DNA of 64,000 nt from Ramazzottius varieornatus (Eukaryota > Animalia > Tardigrada), in contig BDGG01000003.1 in the NCBI GenBank assembly GCA_001949185.1, positions 2,421,663 through 2,485,662 on the forward strand. Reading direction: 5' to 3'. Under the pieces are notes generated by a model. The model was given only the letters and a program-made list of their open reading frames with translations. It did not search any database and had not been told where the DNA came from. A program made the position numbers and the translations under genes. Positions within the stretch are counted from its first letter, which is position 1. The number at the start of each line of letters is the position of its first letter. Positions 60,067 through 64,000 of the stretch are shown piece after piece.

Positions 60067-60642
60067 TCAGGATGTTCCAGAAGATGTACCACAGAAGATC
60101 CGGCATTTGGAAGTAGAAGATTTTGGTGCTTCAGTCTCAAGTGCAACGCTCGACGTACTATTTCCATTCTCCGGCTCGACAGTCGCTTCCGTGGTGATCA
60201 CTGGATGATCGGTCAATTCCGAGCCGTCGCTTCCGGTGACAGATACAACCGCAGTCGTTGGAACAGTCGGAGCCCTTGTCGTCGTCGATGCTTTTGTCGT
60301 CGTCATCGTCGTCGTTCGATTGGTCTTCGGGGTGCTCGTCACAGTGTTGGTTGTGCGGGGAGTAGTGGATGCCTTGCCCGGGGTGGATTTTCTTGTAGGT
60401 TCGGGTGTTATGGATGTCTTCCTCACGACGATACGGGTCGTTGTCGGTACGACGGGCTGCGTGGGAGTGAGGACACCGAAGATCCCGAGTATGAGAAGGA
60501 TGAAGCTAGCGCCAAGAAATAACACAGCGACGGTGTAGAAGATCGTCTTGGTTGTCTTGGTCAAAGGACCACTGTCGAGATCTCTCTTCTTGAAACTTTG
60601 ACAAGAGGATTCAGAGTCCGTATCCACTCTGGTGGTATTCAT
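60067..60642 (-). CDS. Type II membrane mucin-like Thr-rich protein
   Basis: One TM (IFYTVAVLFLGASFILLILGIFGVL) followed by a Thr/Pro/Lys-rich stalk. Confidence 0.7.
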   Translation of the reverse strand: MNTTRVDTDSESSCQSFKKRDLDSGPLTKTTKTIFYTVAVLFLGASFILLILGIFGVLTPTQPVVPTTTRIVVRKTSITPEPTRKSTPGKASTTPRTTNTVTSTPKTNRTTTMTTTKASTTTRAPTVPTTAVVSVTGSDGSELTDHPVITTEATVEPENGNSTSSVALETEAPKSSTSKCRIFCGTSSGTS

Positions 60643-61207
60643 AGTGAGCTAGCATAAGCGTTAGATCTAAAGAATAATCAAGGAAAATGTTCTTTCAATC
60701 CGGTGCTTAAAACTAAAGACATTAATTCTGGAAAGTATAAACACGACGTGTGCTGTGATTTGAATTTCCCGGCAGGTACGAACATGGTTCTCCGACTATC
60801 TAGCAAGAAACTGATACACCATTGTTATGCCCTGATTCAGCTGTCAGATTGAACATAGCGGCTATCTTTTTCCGACTTGAAGTTCAAGGATCAGAATGAT
60901 AACCGTACGAAAAGTCACTTCACGTCGTTAGCCATTGTAGCTTAGTCAGGAGAAACTCTTCCGGTCTGATCTAGAGAAAATCACAAATGACACAATCTTT
61001 ATTGGTTGTCACTTGGAAAACAGCCCTGTTCGGTACTTGCATCGCGCCGTTGGCAAACGGCTCCTGGTGCTGCATTTATCTTTTCACTCTTTCCGAGTGT
61101 AAAAGTGATGTTGATGAACTGTCCAGCTAACTCAGCCCCGTTTCTTGAGTGGCTGATTTGGGGAGCGGACGAGCCAACGTTAACTCGTCTGATAGTTAGA
61201 ATTGGTA

Positions 61208-61547
61208 CGAGGTAAACGACATAATTCGGGCATATCGATTTTCGCACCATAATTCGGGCAACGCGAAAAGTTTGAACATTATCGTCAACGCTTGATTCAT
61301 CTCTCATCGTACGCCTGTTGATAGAACATTAGGCTTTTTAACATTGGACAGACCTATGTCTCTCCCAAGCCGTGATTCCCGTCATCCACAACGCTTTGTT
61401 GTTCTCAAACCTATTGAAACCCTACGAGAGGGATCAGTCTACCGCACGAAATAAGAAACAGTTCATTACGCGCAGTAGGAGCTGAGTACAAATATGCCCA
61501 AATTACGAGTGAAAAACCACCATGCCTGAGTTATGTCGTTTACCTCG
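61208..61547 (+). mobile_element. Tc1/mariner-type MITE, copy B
   Basis: TA-cgaggtaaacgacataattcgggcat ... atgcctgagttatgtcgtttacctcg-TA; homologous to 25764-26092. Confidence 0.85.
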
Positions 61548-62087
61548 TACTAATGTTTGCCGGAGTACAGAAGATGTTACGCCAGCTACAGTAGGCAAAA
61601 AACTTGTACGCCATGGGCCCTGCCTATCGGAGCATACCGGCGAAGGTGTTTGGGAAGTACTTAGGAAACTACTGGAAGCACCATGCCTTGTAGTCGTCAA
61701 GAACAAAATACCGGAAGCAGCTAGGCGTGGGTGGCTCGCAGAGCGTGCAAGGTCGATCTTTCATTCATGCATGCTAGCAGATAAAAGCATTCGAGCCTGT
61801 GGAAACCATCAACCTACCATAAGTATCTGCGATCTACGCCTCCTAGGCCTACAGAACAAGCTCCCTATCCCACCGAAAATTCACTGACCGTAATTAGAGG
61901 AATTAATGAAGTCAACCGTTCAACCTAGCTGGAGGACTATCCCGTGCAGTGAGGCTTCCCTGCCGAACGGCGACCGGTGCGAGGACCGCCATTCAGTTCT
62001 CGGTGACGGGTACACATGCACAGTCTAGACTGCTCAGCACGACTGTCGACCGAGTCTTTGTTTTATATAAGCCTAAGTTACCTTTGA

Positions 62088-63846
62088 ATGGGAGACAAGA
62101 TGGAAGAACTTGAATTCGAAGCGGTCCCTTCAGCGGAAATCAACGATACCACCTGGCTGGAATCTGAAGGGCAGGATAGCGAGGCGGACTGGATTTACCG
62201 GGTAGTGTCTACCACTCTGCACGCCTTTATATTTGTCATGGGCCTCGTGGGAAATATCGTCCTGATTTTTGTCGTCTACAAATCTCGAAATCTGCACACA
62301 CCCACCTACACTTACCTGGTACGTGATCTGAAATCATGGCTTAGTAAGGGTTTTTTACGGTAACAAGTGGGCATTACGTAAACTTCGGGGTTTGCAGACA
62401 TCGCTGGCTATGGCGGACTTGCTGCTGATCGTCACTGCCGTACCGGAATCTATTGCGTTTCAGAACTTTGGTCACCAGTGGCTTCTGGGAGAAACTGGCT
62501 GTGCTTTATTCATCTTCTTGAATTTCTTCGGAATCAACGCAGGTAGTCTCAGGTAAGCAACACCAAGTTTTTGCCTCTGTACGTACGATCCGTGGAAGTT
62601 TACGCCCAGGACGCCGGTCACTGCGCACTCGATTTTCTCACCGTATCCATAAGGACGGCAAGAAATCGGGTTACAGCAAATCTGCATCATTGATTTTACC
62701 AGCTTAACGGCCTTCACGGTGGAACGGTATCTGGTGGTCTGCTGGCCCCTGTTGGCTCAAAAGATTTGCAATCTTCATCGAACCCGACGGATCATCGTAC
62801 TCTGTTGGATTTTCACGTTGATTTACAGCAGTCCATGGTAAGTCCCATGATGTTTAGACAAGTTTTGCATGAAAATTCATCTCTCACCCTTTGTTCTTCT
62901 GCCAGTGGCGTATTTGTGTCGGTCATAGGTAATTTCGTTTAATGTGAATTATTTCTACGCTTTCTGTATTCATGGCTTTCATTAAACGTGAACCGCGTAG
63001 GTTCCATTGGGTAGAAAGTTTAACCGAACTTGATGAGTACAACTCTGGAAGTTGTAATTATGAGAGAAGCTATCACTAACCAAAACACGTACTCTTGCAG
63101 GCTAGGATTGACGACTGTACGAAGAAGCGAACCTCATCCCGATTTGGATCAGTGTGAGCTGCGCCTATCGAAGGAGCTCTACTTGGCCATATTTAGCAGT
63201 GATTTGATCCTCTTCTACCTTCTACCCTTGTTAGTCGCTGTAATAGGCTGCTACAAGATCGCTCGAGTTTTGCGGAAGAATGCCCAAGATTTCAATTTTG
63301 ACATGGGTCTTAGACGTCCGCCACATTCCAGGCTTTCGCCGCGCATCTCTACACAGTCTTTTCCGCCCTACGAGCAGGTTCCTGAATACGGCATGCTGAC
63401 CCGAAACCATAGACAAACCCAACGGCATGATTCGGTTCAAACATCAAAGACCCAGGTGCGGCTAGGACTCATGAGCGGATATTGGGTGCCGATTAGAAGT
63501 TAATAGGGTTTCAACTACTAGTACTCATTCACAGATCGAACTAGATGACATGCTTTTGCGTTTCCAGGGCTTGCGGATGCTAGTCGTGACGATCGTACTC
63601 TTCGCCGTCGCATGGCTTCCCTTTCGCGGCTTGCTAATCTACAACATGACCGCTTCGGAGCAATGGCTCGACCTTTGGTTTCTTCTCTTTGCCAGAACAA
63701 TGATCTACTTGTCGGCAGCCATGAACCCATTCCTGTACAACGCTATCAACACTCGATTTCGCCAAACGGTGAAGAGCGTCTTGTTTGGAGCCACTACCAG
63801 TGGAAGACCATCGGCAAGGTCCACTCATTCCGTCAGTTACGTATAA
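62088..63846 (+). CDS. TRHR: Thyrotropin-releasing hormone receptor-type (TRH/EFLamide) neuropeptide GPCR; 5 exons
   Basis: TPTYTYL/SLAMADL, GINAGSLSLTAFTVERY, DLILFYLLPL, LFAVAWLPFRGL, DLWFLLFARTMIYLSAAMNPFLYN are TRHR-family signatures. Confidence 0.85.
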
Positions 63847-64000
63847 ATCCTTGTGAAGCTTGTTTCAGTTCCTGAGACCAGAGGCATTTCCAACCGTTCC
63901 ATTACACCTCCTGCACTTTGCATTTTACGTTTTTGGATCCATTCGGTTTTGCGCCATGTGAGTTAAGCTTAAGGGTTGCAAGTTGTATAGCATGCTGGCG

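Noticed and set aside
1-64000. CRISPR arrays, operons, tRNA, rRNA or snRNA genes
   Set aside because: The sequence is intron-rich eukaryotic DNA; no regularly spaced direct repeats or recognisable structural RNA genes were seen by eye (tRNAscan-SE or Infernal would be needed to exclude them).

Overview
Eukaryotic (animal) genomic DNA, gene-dense, with short GT-AG introns (mostly 50-100 nt) and two N-gaps. The style suggests a compact-genome invertebrate such as a tardigrade (inference only). Recognisable genes, in order: a Kv-beta/Hyperkinetic-like aldo-keto reductase (5' end outside the window), a secreted CUB/LDLa-like protein, a pancreatic-lipase-like gene, EFCAB7, an orphan class A GPCR, a GT32 (DxD) glycosyltransferase, an aldonolactone oxidase (GULO/ALO family), a complete Cav2 calcium channel alpha-1 gene with a duplicated, probably mutually exclusive exon pair in domain IV, an OATP/SLCO transporter, a CBM14 chitin-binding protein, two head-to-head methyltransferases, a mucin-like protein and a TRH-receptor-type GPCR. 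The most striking unexplained system is a tandem cluster (19.2-24.1 kb) of four intronless genes for secreted prepro-proteins. Each has a signal peptide, an N-glycosylated pro-domain, an R-x-x-R/K cleavage site and a Gly-rich mature peptide ending in the invariant tail LGLA(L/V)ISRFPTQG-stop. A divergent relative lies at 32.1 kb and a gene of similar design at 33.7 kb. The window also holds many MITE-like inverted-repeat elements, including a nested set at 24.9-26.6 kb, and a dispersed ~50-bp palindromic motif found mostly in introns. All exon boundaries were read by eye.
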